Shown here one piece after another: positions 18,303 to 28,153 of a stretch of 64,000 nt of DNA (position 1 is the first letter of the stretch; every line of letters starts with the position of its first letter). Under the pieces are notes generated by a model. It was not told the DNA's origin. It saw only the letters and a program-made list of their open reading frames with translations, and searched no databases. The stretch comes from a virus, in IMG/VR virus record IMGVR_UViG_3300042468_000945, positions 32,001 to 96,000 of that record; one strand, 5' to 3'. Position numbers and translations under genes: made by a program.

Positions 18303-19993
18303 AGTTCTTCTAAAAATGTAATAATTGGAGATTGTCCACTATCTGAAAGAGCAATTAAATTATCAGTTTTATTTACAACCACTCCAAGTTCTTCATAAAC
18401 ACCGCCCAATGAAAACGGATTAGTAACATTAGAATTTATTTTGTGGGTAGCTTGATTTGTAGAAATAGTTTCGTTTCCGTTTGTATCTACAAATTGCAAT
18501 GTTGAACCGTTCTTAGATTTAATTTTAATTCCATTTGATGATTGTTTAGGGATACCATCAGCGTAGGTTGCTCCGACATAGAATTTAGAATAGCCTTTAC
18601 TTGTCCTAAGTTTTGATTGAACTATGTTTGCAACTCCCTGTATATACTTTGTACTGTTCAATGCACTTGAGGCTGGAAGAGCTAGGAAGTTTGCTGTTGC
18701 TGATATGTTGTTACTGGTTAAAGCTGATAAAAGAACTTGTCCAGTAACTCCAACATTTGGAGCTTGCATTAACCAATGGACTTCTCCTCTATTATCTGTT
18801 TTGGTTATAAATGACCCACTAGCTGTGGTTGTAGGTGTGGGTAGTACAAACACCGACCCAGAACCAGGAGAAAGATTAAACCCTAACCTAATCTGTGTCT
18901 GTGGTATAGGTAAACCGTCTCTATCCCATACCCTTACTGTAGCCTTTACCATTTCCTTCCAAGAACCAACAGCAGACACCTTATCAACACACAACTCAAC
19001 CTTAGTAGGCACTGCTACAGTACCTGTCAAAGAGTGGTATAAAAATCCAACCCTAAAAGCGTCTGAAAATAGTGGATTAAATTGTAATACTTGTCCAGTA
19101 ACAGGATTGGCAAGCATAACCATTGAAGGATATTCTGGAACTGATCTCTCGTAGTGTACGTTTAATGTTGCACCTGACGCTTCTGTATTGTATACATGAA
19201 TTGTAGAATGATCAATTAAACAGTAGCTTCTATCAATGTAGTATTCTAAACAAACCCAATCACCTTTACTTGTGTCTAAAGTGTGAGTAACTAATCCGTC
19301 GTTAACATCAGTGCAAGTAACAACAGTACTTCCCCTGCTTGCCTTAATATCTCTTGCTTTAAGATAACTAGCCCTAACAGTGCTATCACCCTCGTCAACA
19401 ACTACTTCCCTAATTTTTAGATTAGGAGTATAATTCATTGTGTCTAAGAAAACATTAACAGGGCTTGTTAACGAGTAAGCTGTAACCCTACCAGTATTAT
19501 GATCAAAGTGGTATGATTTGGGACTTTGTACATGTCCACTAACAGCTTCACAAGCAAGTGAAATGTTTGTAAGATCACGAGCACCTATTACAACTACACC
19601 TGTAGGTACTACGGTTGTGTAGACATAAGAACTACCTACTTGTGTCCAAGTGGCTGTTAAAGCTGGGAAGTATGAGTTTCTATGTTCAGTATATACATGC
19701 TCACTTGTATCGTCAATTACATAGTTAGGACCCCAACTAGGTCTAAATGAGCTTGAAGCATTAATAACACCACTAAGAGAGGCAACCGCAAAAGTTTCTT
19801 CTCCCTTTGATATATAAGAGTATTGTTCAATACCCTGATCATAAAAAAATCCTGGTTTGATGTATGAAATCCACTTGCCAGCATTACCGACACCTATGAC
19901 AAGTTTAAGATCATCTAAGTCTCCAATTCCATTAGAAGGATAACCTGTATTGTCTCTCCAGTTTAGGTAAGTAGTGTTACTCATATCAATCAA
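18299..19993 (-). CDS. Structural protein with invasin/Big_1-type Ig-like domain
   Basis: VKATVRVWDRDGLPIPQTQIRL...KTDNRGEVHWLMQAP matches the Big_1 pattern (ATV.D..GNP......V....TD..G.A). Confidence 0.55.
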   Translation of the reverse strand: MIDMSNTTYLNWRDNTGYPSNGIGDLDDLKLVIGVGNAGKWISYIKPGFFYDQGIEQYSYISKGEETFAVASLSGVINASSSFRPSWGPNYVIDDTSEHVYTEHRNSYFPALTATWTQVGSSYVYTTVVPTGVVVIGARDLTNISLACEAVSGHVQSPKSYHFDHNTGRVTAYSLTSPVNVFLDTMNYTPNLKIREVVVDEGDSTVRASYLKARDIKASRGSTVVTCTDVNDGLVTHTLDTSKGDWVCLEYYIDRSYCLIDHSTIHVYNTEASGATLNVHYERSVPEYPSMVMLANPVTGQVLQFNPLFSDAFRVGFLYHSLTGTVAVPTKVELCVDKVSAVGSWKEMVKATVRVWDRDGLPIPQTQIRLGFNLSPGSGSVFVLPTPTTTASGSFITKTDNRGEVHWLMQAPNVGVTGQVLLSALTSNNISATANFLALPASSALNSTKYIQGVANIVQSKLRTSKGYSKFYVGATYADGIPKQSSNGIKIKSKNGSTLQFVDTNGNETISTNQATHKINSNVTNPFSLGGVYEELGVVVNKTDNLIALSDSGQSPIITFLEEL

Positions 19994-21311
19994 ATATAGA
20001 TGTCGTTTTACTTGGGAACTTAATTGAACCCCAATTAAACTTTTCTAGTTTTACTTCCTTTTTAATTAACTCTACGGAAGTTGGTACTATACCATAAAAT
20101 AGAGTGGGTGTTAAGTTATTATTTACAATAGTTAATCCATTAACTGTTGTTTCTACTTTAAAATTTTCCGTAAGATACTCAACATTTATTTGATTTCCTA
20201 CTCCTGTAAATAATTCCGCATTTAGAGGTTGAATAAGGTTTCCTGATACTGAATAATTTATTGGGTCTAAAACAGTACCATTAATTAAAATCTTAACTCC
20301 ACCATAAGGTTTCTTTGTAAGAACAAAATTACTACCTATTAAACTAGCTTTTTCTGTGAATGTACCATATTTATTTAATGATACTAAATTAGGTTGAGAC
20401 CATCCAGTTGCGTTGATAGTTAACGAATCCGTAGACATCCAAGAAATTGGTACTGATCTTCCAAGAGCGGAACTGATGTGTTGTTCAGGTTTAATAGAAA
20501 ATGCAGATGTCTGATATCTTTTCCTAAGAGATAAATTATCCTCACCAGAAAACCTAGTAATGTTAAATAAAGAGCTAGTTGTATCAAGTATGTTTTTATT
20601 GTCAATACTTGTAACTTTTGAGATTCTATTGTTTACTGAAACTTTTGAATCGGCATTTAACAATGCACTAAAATTAATACAACTATACCGTATGCGATAG
20701 TTACCAGGGTATTTAAAAAGTATTGAGTTATTATTTAAAACAAATTTTTCTGGTGAGATAGTGAAGACTTCACCAAAAACATTTGAATAAGCTACAATAG
20801 TATCTTTAATAGGTGGGTTTTCTGTAAAGATACTAGAAAAATTAAAAGCTCCAGAACTGTTTGTAGTTATTGAGTATTCTATTAAGTCAAGATTTTTTGC
20901 TATGACTTTGTTTTCGTGGACACAAAAAACAGGTTCATGGTTTATTTTTAGTAGATCTGAGAAAGTTTTTACTTGTCTAACTTCTCCAAATACGTGTCCA
21001 CTTGTTATCTGTCCGAGATTTAAAGATAGTTGCTCATAACTAACATCAGAAGTTACAAGAAAACAATTCCTTGTAACTTCTAACGAGTGAAAAAATTTTG
21101 TTGATACATCAACTAATTTAACATCTTCTTGTGTTTTTGTAATACACGTATGGTAGATAGAAGATAAATTAGTTGGCTTATTTTGAGGGTTGCCGGGGTT
21201 GTTTGTCTCAACTGCGGAGTCCATCCATCTAGGAATCCAAGCAGATGGGGTATTTACAAATCTATATGTTTCTTCAAATTGTTCAGAAATATTACTTGTA
21301 AATTCAGACAT
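19986..21311 (-). CDS. Baseplate wedge-like protein (gpI/gp7-type), paralog A
   Basis: NILDTTSSLFNITRFSGEDNLSLRKRY resembles the LD..G....L.R..GE.D...R.R wedge motif. IPRWM N-terminal motif and C-terminal SIFD are shared with 23545-24972. Confidence 0.55.
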   Translation of the reverse strand: MSEFTSNISEQFEETYRFVNTPSAWIPRWMDSAVETNNPGNPQNKPTNLSSIYHTCITKTQEDVKLVDVSTKFFHSLEVTRNCFLVTSDVSYEQLSLNLGQITSGHVFGEVRQVKTFSDLLKINHEPVFCVHENKVIAKNLDLIEYSITTNSSGAFNFSSIFTENPPIKDTIVAYSNVFGEVFTISPEKFVLNNNSILFKYPGNYRIRYSCINFSALLNADSKVSVNNRISKVTSIDNKNILDTTSSLFNITRFSGEDNLSLRKRYQTSAFSIKPEQHISSALGRSVPISWMSTDSLTINATGWSQPNLVSLNKYGTFTEKASLIGSNFVLTKKPYGGVKILINGTVLDPINYSVSGNLIQPLNAELFTGVGNQINVEYLTENFKVETTVNGLTIVNNNLTPTLFYGIVPTSVELIKKEVKLEKFNWGSIKFPSKTTSIFD

Positions 21312-21327
21312 TCAACCCCTAACATTA

Positions 21328-21334
21328 AATAGAG
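21328..21334 (-). promoter_or_regulatory. CTCTATT motif (candidate late promoter element)
   Basis: Lies in the 27 bp gap between groEL and the wedge gene, 16 nt before the ATG at 21311. Confidence 0.5.
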
Positions 21335-21338
21335 TCGT

Positions 21339-23024
21339 TTATTCCTTTGAATCTGGTAAATTATATACCAATGCTTCTGTAGTTAGGATAGTACCAGCCA
21401 CACTTGAAGCACTTAATACAACCTGTCTACTAACAAATGCAGGGTCAATGATTCCAAAATCAAACATATCACCGTACTCTCCAGTTCTGGCATTAAAACC
21501 ATACGTAGATTGTTTAGCTAGTGCCAGATTCTTTTCCTTATTAGGTCGTCCCCTCTCCCCAGTCTTTTCATTGTGTTCCAAGACTTTTTGATATACAACA
21601 GAACCATTATAACCAGCATTAGTTGCAATAGCAAGAAGAGGTGCCTTTAGGGTATCTAAGAATAGATTATAACCTACCTCAACATCACCATCCTTGAACT
21701 TTCTTGTTTGATTTGCCTTAACAACTTGTGCCGCTCTAATAAAGGACATCCCACCACCAACAACAATACCATTCTTTAAAGCAGTCTTTACAGCAGCAAC
21801 AGCATCTTCAAATCTGTACTTCTTTTCTTTCATTTCTGCTTCAGTGTTTGCACCAATACTGATAATACAAATACCACTTGTAAGTTTTGCTATTCTAAGT
21901 TCTAAGTACTCTTTCTGGAAAGGAGGTGTTTCTGGATCATTTTGCTTTTCCTTCAACTTATTTACATGAGCAGCAACAACCTCATCAGATGCAGAGCCAA
22001 TTAAAGTTGTAGTTTCTAAATCAATAATGATTTTCTTCGCCTTCCCTAATGAACGGAAGGATACATTATTAACCCTTGTACCTGATTCTTTTCTAATAAA
22101 TTCAGCACCAGTTATAACTGCCAAGTCTTCATACCAATCCTGAACCCTAGCACCATAGCCAGGAGCCTTAACACAAGCAAACATGTAACCTCTTTCTGCC
22201 CTATTCTTTGCCAATGTCATAAAAGCATCTTGACTGGTAGGTACGTTTCCAATAATCAAAAGATTACCTTCATGTTTTCTTGGGTTTTCTTTTAAGTATA
22301 CAGTAAGGAAGTCTGCCATTTCAGGTGCTGTCTTAATATCATCTTCAAAAAGCAAGATATCAACATCTTCCATAACGCACTCTAACTTGTCACGATCTGT
22401 AATAAAGTAAGGACTGAGGAGACCACTATCAAAATTCATGCCCTTACTATGCTTTAAAACCGTTTCTAGACCTCCTGGATGGAAAGTAACAAAACCATTA
22501 CCCCCTACCGAAGTAAACGCATCAGCGACTGTTTTACCAACATGTTCATCGTTACCAGAAATAGTAGCAAGATTCTCAATTACAGCATAATCCTCAGCTG
22601 TAATTGGTTTAGCCATTGAGTCAATTACTTCAACAACATCCCTAGCAGCTTCTTCAATACCTTCTTTAATTCTAATACCGTTTCTATTTAGGCCAACTTG
22701 CTTGTTACCTTCGTGAACCACTGCTTGGGCTAACACAATACTAGAGGTTGTCCCATCACCTACAGTATCATTAGTTCTAATTGCAGCTTGTTTTAGTAAT
22801 TGTGCTCCAATAGATTCAGCTGGGTCTGCTACCTTAATTGATCTTGCAACAGTTACACCGTCTTTTGTGACAATTGGCGGAACCCAAACATTGTCAGATT
22901 CAATAACAACATTAGAACCACCAGGACCTAACGTAACTGATACTGCTTTAGCAACCTTATCTACGCCTCTAATAATAGCCTTTCTAGCGTCATCTGAGTA
23001 CATTGTCTCGTTCTTATTATTCAT
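21339..23024 (-). CDS. groEL: Chaperonin GroEL (Cpn60)
   Basis: VTLGPGGSNVVI, VTKDGVTVA, VGDGTTSS, KAPGYG, EKKYRFEDAV, IVVGGG, GIIDPA. ATPase aspartates equivalent to E. coli D52/D87/D398 are present. Confidence 0.97.
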   Translation of the reverse strand: MNNKNETMYSDDARKAIIRGVDKVAKAVSVTLGPGGSNVVIESDNVWVPPIVTKDGVTVARSIKVADPAESIGAQLLKQAAIRTNDTVGDGTTSSIVLAQAVVHEGNKQVGLNRNGIRIKEGIEEAARDVVEVIDSMAKPITAEDYAVIENLATISGNDEHVGKTVADAFTSVGGNGFVTFHPGGLETVLKHSKGMNFDSGLLSPYFITDRDKLECVMEDVDILLFEDDIKTAPEMADFLTVYLKENPRKHEGNLLIIGNVPTSQDAFMTLAKNRAERGYMFACVKAPGYGARVQDWYEDLAVITGAEFIRKESGTRVNNVSFRSLGKAKKIIIDLETTTLIGSASDEVVAAHVNKLKEKQNDPETPPFQKEYLELRIAKLTSGICIISIGANTEAEMKEKKYRFEDAVAAVKTALKNGIVVGGGMSFIRAAQVVKANQTRKFKDGDVEVGYNLFLDTLKAPLLAIATNAGYNGSVVYQKVLEHNEKTGERGRPNKEKNLALAKQSTYGFNARTGEYGDMFDFGIIDPAFVSRQVVLSASSVAGTILTTEALVYNLPDSKE

Positions 23025-23025
23025 A

Positions 23026-23532
23026 TTAATTTTTCTTAATTTCCTTTTCTAGTGCAATAAAAACTGCAACTGAATCTGATATGTTATACAAGTCTTTAAG
23101 TTTAGTTTTTTGTAGTCTGTCTCCAAACCCGTCAAATCTTAATTTAACAGCTTCTAAAATCTCTGTTTTTTCTGCTGTTCTATTATTACAAACTCTTTTT
23201 TTAACTTCTGATGCTGTGATATATTTAAATTCTATTTTTCTTGATATACACATAGATATAATACTACCCTCAACTAAAGCTAAAGCTTTAGCTGCTAGGC
23301 TGCTTTTAGATCCTAAAGGTATTTCAAAAAGAATGAGGTTAATAGAATAATCATCAATTAGTTTATTTAAGGTTGTAATTATATTTGATATTCTTTCAAT
23401 ATAATCGTCTTTTTGTTTTTTAGTTGAATCTTTTTTGGATGATATACACCCAAAGTCTTTGATTAAATCTCCAATAATAACTGACCATCCAAAGCCAGTT
23501 AGACTAGGATCTAAACATAAACAATTTCTCAT
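23026..23532 (-). CDS. ruvC: RuvC-like Holliday junction resolvase
   Basis: LCLDPSLTGFGWSV (D), LILFEIP (E), YITASEVKK, AEKTEILEAV, NISDSVAV (D): the RuvC acidic motifs in order. Confidence 0.85.
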   Translation of the reverse strand: MRNCLCLDPSLTGFGWSVIIGDLIKDFGCISSKKDSTKKQKDDYIERISNIITTLNKLIDDYSINLILFEIPLGSKSSLAAKALALVEGSIISMCISRKIEFKYITASEVKKRVCNNRTAEKTEILEAVKLRFDGFGDRLQKTKLKDLYNISDSVAVFIALEKEIKKN

Positions 23533-23544
23533 TCAGTATTAGTG

Positions 23545-24972
23545 TCATTCAAATATGCTTAAACCTTTACTATATTTTATATAATTATCTGAAAAAGTCC
23601 ATTTTGGTGCTTTTTCTTTTCTTATATTAGTAATGTGGTCTGTTAAATTGTTATTAATAATATTAATGTTTCTTGTTTTTAAAACTTCTATAGGTTTTTG
23701 AATAGTTTTTATGTGATTATTAAAAACTACTCCACTCCCATTAGATGTCCAGTTATTAAGTCTCCATTCTACAATAATATCATCGGAAGCTTTTGGAATC
23801 ACATTATTAAATGATAGGCTACCACTTGTATTTGTAACTTGACAACTTAAACCATTTATAATTGCAATACCATTATCTACATTTGTGTATCTACTAACTA
23901 CACCAGTTCCTACAAAAGTAAGATTAGTTTCTAGTATTGTTGAGTATTCAGGAACATCCCTTACAGAAAAATTAGAATACGTTGCATCGTATGTACCAGA
24001 ACTAGTAGCTGATAATGCTTGGTACTCATAACTATCTAAACAAATACCTAATGATGCTTTAACATCTTTAGTATTTTGAGTTTTTGAAAACCAACTAGAA
24101 AATAAAATCTTATTTCCCAGGTCTAAGTTATCATCGTTGTTCTTTCTTTTAAGTAAGAAGTAAAGTCCTTTTTCATCAGCACTTGACCATATAGGAACCC
24201 TAGTTGCTTGGTAGTTACTACCATTAAGAACAACATCAACTTTTTTTAATTGTTTAGCGGCAGTTCTATTTACAGACCTTACCTTTAAATCTTTACTAGA
24301 CCTAAAACCTAAAAACCCATCTTCTCTTACTTTTGAAGGGGGAAGAGGAATCCATGACTTACTGTTTGGATGAAGCCAGAAAGATAAGGTAGAGTTATTG
24401 AACTTAGAAAAATCAGAGATATAGTGCCAGTCATCACTATTCTTTATTGTATCTTGTTCTTGTAAAGAAAGATTACAAATTAAAATATCATCATTTATCT
24501 TTTTGTATGTCCAAGTGTCTGAAAAGAATAGATTTAAATACGAATCAACTTGTTTGGGGGTTGTTGTAGTGTCGTCACTTAATCTAACACCAATAGTATC
24601 TAACTTTTCATTGAAGTTAACATACCAAGCAAAGTCAGGTTCACTTACATCAAAACCCCATGACTTAGCTGAATAAACTGAGTTAATACTTGGTAACAAG
24701 TATTGGAACTCACAAAACAAAGAATTAACTATTCTTTGTATATTATAATCTGTAAAATCTGTTGTGGGGTAATTAGTAAGATTCCACGATAAAGGAATTA
24801 CTGTACCACTAGCTGAAATTAAATTGTTTGAAAGCCCTATTGTTAATACTGATGGTATTTCTTGTACTTCATTAATTTGAGGGTATGAATTAGCAGACAT
24901 CCACCTCGGGAGATTTATTAGAGGTGGTGTCCAGGTATCTTGAATATTAGAGCTATAATAGTTCCAAACCAA
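23545..24972 (-). CDS. Baseplate wedge-like protein (gpI/gp7-type), paralog B
   Basis: TTG start. LPRWM motif, SADEKGLYFLLKRKNNDDNLDLGNKI, C-terminal SIFE. Paralogous to 19986-21311 and directly downstream of baseplate J. Confidence 0.5.
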   Translation of the reverse strand: MVWNYYSSNIQDTWTPPLINLPRWMSANSYPQINEVQEIPSVLTIGLSNNLISASGTVIPLSWNLTNYPTTDFTDYNIQRIVNSLFCEFQYLLPSINSVYSAKSWGFDVSEPDFAWYVNFNEKLDTIGVRLSDDTTTTPKQVDSYLNLFFSDTWTYKKINDDILICNLSLQEQDTIKNSDDWHYISDFSKFNNSTLSFWLHPNSKSWIPLPPSKVREDGFLGFRSSKDLKVRSVNRTAAKQLKKVDVVLNGSNYQATRVPIWSSADEKGLYFLLKRKNNDDNLDLGNKILFSSWFSKTQNTKDVKASLGICLDSYEYQALSATSSGTYDATYSNFSVRDVPEYSTILETNLTFVGTGVVSRYTNVDNGIAIINGLSCQVTNTSGSLSFNNVIPKASDDIIVEWRLNNWTSNGSGVVFNNHIKTIQKPIEVLKTRNINIINNNLTDHITNIRKEKAPKWTFSDNYIKYSKGLSIFE

Positions 24973-24983
24973 TAATTAATCCC

Positions 24984-26096
24984 TTATTGTACTAACAATG
25001 TTCTTAGAATAATTTGTTCTCCAACACCCACATTAACTTCCCTATCAGGAGAAAGTTGAATACCATCAAGACTTGCTGTAATTGATGCATCAATTACAGC
25101 ACTATCAGAAGAAGCTGCAATAGTTCTAAGTTGAGATATAAATAAGGAACTACTGCCTCCACCTGTTTCTATTGGTAGGGCATTAATTAATGAAGATATT
25201 TGAGTTCTAACAGATGCTCTAATATTTTCTTGGTTAGTTGCAGTAGGTTTAAACCTTAAAGAAATTTTAACATCAAGGTTTCTTGCTGTTGGGACTCTAA
25301 CTACTGCGTTAATTCCTACATTAACTGCATCATCTAGTACAGCCTGGCATTTTTCAACAATATCGTTTGCCTGGTTCTGGTGGTAAGGTGTTACAATAAT
25401 GTCAAAAGTACCACCACCACGATTTAGATTTAAAAGAACAGCATCCTTAACACCAACAACACCCCTTACAAGTGCAATAACATTATCAGTATTTAATACG
25501 TTTCTTCTTCTAAACCCTTGTAGAATTCTTTCACGATAACTATCGTCAGACTCTTGTAAACTACCATTTGTAATTGGTAGAATATTACTTACTCGTACAT
25601 TGGGGTTAGGCACATTATGGGAGTCAATTTCTCCTGCACCTACATTATATGCTGGACCTGTTTGTGCCGCTGATACGTGAACATCAACTGATTGACCAGC
25701 ACCAACAGAAGCACCTTCAACAGTGAAGAAAGCATTATTTATATTACTAGAAACCCAAACCCGAGTACTAAAAGGTATTGAAACAGAAGAACCACTTAAG
25801 TTAGTAAATCTGATTGACTTTGTTTGACCTAGTGTAGTGGCTTTACTTTCTTCTTTCCTAGCCACCCCTACAATTAAACCTATTTGATCTAGGGATGGAC
25901 CTGTCGCAGTTGTTAAGTTAGATTGATTATTTAAATCTTCTAGGTATTCCCAAATACCATCTAACTCCTCAGCGACTAACCTTAAAAGAGTTCCAATTAC
26001 TGTGCCATTTAAGCTGGCAGTGATACTTGTTTCAGAGACAATTCTGCTGTATAAACTATTTAAAATTTCCTCTTTAGACGGTCTTGCTATGTTCAT
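24984..26096 (-). CDS. Baseplate J-like wedge protein
   Basis: TATGPSLDQIGLIVGVARK, V.A...G..YNV.AGEI, ITNGSLQESDDSYRERI, GVKDAV...GGGTFDIIV: classic Baseplate_J motifs. Confidence 0.88.
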   Translation of the reverse strand: MNIARPSKEEILNSLYSRIVSETSITASLNGTVIGTLLRLVAEELDGIWEYLEDLNNQSNLTTATGPSLDQIGLIVGVARKEESKATTLGQTKSIRFTNLSGSSVSIPFSTRVWVSSNINNAFFTVEGASVGAGQSVDVHVSAAQTGPAYNVGAGEIDSHNVPNPNVRVSNILPITNGSLQESDDSYRERILQGFRRRNVLNTDNVIALVRGVVGVKDAVLLNLNRGGGTFDIIVTPYHQNQANDIVEKCQAVLDDAVNVGINAVVRVPTARNLDVKISLRFKPTATNQENIRASVRTQISSLINALPIETGGGSSSLFISQLRTIAASSDSAVIDASITASLDGIQLSPDREVNVGVGEQIILRTLLVQ

Positions 26097-26098
26097 AA

Positions 26099-26437
26099 TT
26101 AAGTTCCAAAAATAATGCTGTCTCTAAACTTAAATAGAGGATTAATTTTTAGGTTAATAATTGCTTTAGTTAATTCTTCGTTATAATCAATTTCATAACT
26201 AATTAAACCAAAGTAAGCATACTTCTTGTCTTTAGATGTTTCAGATTCCAAAATTAAAGTTTCATTTAATTTTAAATGCGTTAAGTCTACTTTATCAATG
26301 TCTAATGTTAAAATTAATGTGTTTTTCTTTGTTAGTTCCACATTATTAACACTAAAACAAAGTTTCCTATCAAGATAACCTTCCTCACCAGGGTTTCCTT
26401 TCTTTAACAAATATAAATAATACTTTAAATTATCCAT
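26099..26437 (-). CDS. Hypothetical protein
   Basis: 112 aa ORF whose start overlaps the glycosyltransferase stop by 8 nt. Confidence 0.55.
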   Translation of the reverse strand: MDNLKYYLYLLKKGNPGEEGYLDRKLCFSVNNVELTKKNTLILTLDIDKVDLTHLKLNETLILESETSKDKKYAYFGLISYEIDYNEELTKAIINLKINPLFKFRDSIIFGT

Positions 26438-27722
26438 GACTTTCTCTACAACACTTCTTATATTTTAATCCAGAACCACAAGGGCAAAGTGCATTTCTAT
26501 CTACTTGACCCCAAACTCTACCACTTATTTTTTTATTAGGTCCTAGTTTTCCTTTTTGTGCTCTATCAATAATATCTTTCCAAGCATAAGGCCACTTATG
26601 AAAATTATTTTCTAGTGAGTATTCATTAATTGCAAGTTCTCGATTTTCCTTTTGCATCTTCTCTCTTCTTACAGTATTGGTTACAAGTTCTTCTAAAGCA
26701 GAAAACCATGTACTATAGTTACCCTCACCACTACCCACAATTAAAACACTTTCAGGGTGCTTTCTTTGGAGCTTAGAATATGGAGCAACATTACTTGCAA
26801 TCATGGCTTGACCAGCTGCAAAACCTTCAAGAAGTTTTAAAGGGGATTTTGAAATATTAAATTCACAAGGGTGAACAGGAGCTAAACCAATATCTGCACC
26901 AAACAATCCTGTTGGGTGATCCATAAAGTGTCTTGGTTCCACCAATTCATATCTACCTTCTGGAATGATATTATCTTTATTAAGGTGATTAAAGATGTCT
27001 GGCGCACCATAGTAAGCAAAAATAGTTTCTGGATATTTCTGTAAGATTCTAGAAATAGGAACCATTATCTGCTCTAAATCAGTAAGGTGCGAACTACCTC
27101 CACTCCATTGGATCACAACTTTATCTTTCCATCTATCTGGTTTTTTAATTTTTATAGGTTCAAAGAATGGTTCTCCGTCTTGCCAAGAAACATTAACCTT
27201 CCAATCTCTAAAACTAAAATCAATATAGTTAGGCAGGATTGCGTAGTTTGTGTTAAACTCAGAATAAGCACCAGCTAACTCCTCAGTGGTTACAGTCAAA
27301 CCGTGACAGTTTTCCATAAACTTCTCTAGCCACTTTAAAGTATCTGAACCAGGATAATATGCAGTATAGGCTGGACTTGTTTTTAAAACTTTATGCAGGT
27401 CGTCATCAACCTCAAAAACAATTATCTTTCCATCCCATTGAAGTGTTCTAAACATTTCATAGGCTTCTGGGCTATTTTGTCTTGGTGCAATAATAACATC
27501 TGCATGTATGAATTGATTCAAATTTTGAGATGTTCCATATACAACATCTGCTCCATGCATTTTTAACATGTGGAGCGGATTAATTACCCTATAATGCCCA
27601 CAAGCACCATTATCAGCAACTAAACCAACAACTTTAAGTCCAGCATACTTGTCGCTTACTTTGTAGTCTGGAAGTTTCCTAGATGTTGTGGATACTTTCT
27701 CAATTAAACTGTTTGTTTCCAT
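26430..27722 (-). CDS. GT-B (GT4-like) glycosyltransferase with C-terminal SEC-C Zn-binding motif
   Basis: CGHYRVINP, VFEVDDDL, ILPNYID, QWSGGSSH, DIGLAP...NISKSPLKLLEGFAAG...IASNVAPY are GT4-like. The protein ends VDRNALCPCGSGLKYKKCC (SEC-C consensus RN.PCPCGSGKKYKKCC). Confidence 0.85.
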   Translation of the reverse strand: METNSLIEKVSTTSRKLPDYKVSDKYAGLKVVGLVADNGACGHYRVINPLHMLKMHGADVVYGTSQNLNQFIHADVIIAPRQNSPEAYEMFRTLQWDGKIIVFEVDDDLHKVLKTSPAYTAYYPGSDTLKWLEKFMENCHGLTVTTEELAGAYSEFNTNYAILPNYIDFSFRDWKVNVSWQDGEPFFEPIKIKKPDRWKDKVVIQWSGGSSHLTDLEQIMVPISRILQKYPETIFAYYGAPDIFNHLNKDNIIPEGRYELVEPRHFMDHPTGLFGADIGLAPVHPCEFNISKSPLKLLEGFAAGQAMIASNVAPYSKLQRKHPESVLIVGSGEGNYSTWFSALEELVTNTVRREKMQKENRELAINEYSLENNFHKWPYAWKDIIDRAQKGKLGPNKKISGRVWGQVDRNALCPCGSGLKYKKCCRESHG

Positions 27723-27742
27723 AAACTACAGATAGTGTAACG

Positions 27743-28153
27743 TTATATAGTATAATTTACCCTATCAAAAACTAAACCTTTCTGTAAGTCTAATTGACTG
27801 CTAACTTGAATTACTTTATCTGGATCATCTTTTGATGGTAATTCAATAAGTATAAATACCTCATCTTTATCTAAAGGGATACACGTAACTTCAACACTAG
27901 ATAATGATAAGTCAAACAAGAGAGCACTTCTTACCCTGTTTTCAATTCTTAGCCTTGTTGCTGTAGAGTTCTCTTCACCTATAAAATCTTCTAAGCTTAC
28001 ACCAATTTCAGGTTCAAGTAAGTTATCACCTGCTGTTGTTTTTAGTAAAAATACAATTTGTTGTGCTAACTGCTCATCACCTGAAACAACAGCTAAGTCT
28101 CCGTTTGCTCCAATAATAAGATCTCCGTTATCTGTTATTTTTAAATCTGTCAT
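27743..28153 (-). CDS. Baseplate wedge / sheath initiator (gp25/XkdS-like)
   Basis: DLKITDNGDL..GDLAVVSGDEQLAQQI..LLKT..G.....PEIGVSLEDFIG is the gp25/DUF2634 pattern. Confidence 0.8.
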   Translation of the reverse strand: MTDLKITDNGDLIIGANGDLAVVSGDEQLAQQIVFLLKTTAGDNLLEPEIGVSLEDFIGEENSTATRLRIENRVRSALLFDLSLSSVEVTCIPLDKDEVFILIELPSKDDPDKVIQVSSQLDLQKGLVFDRVNYTI

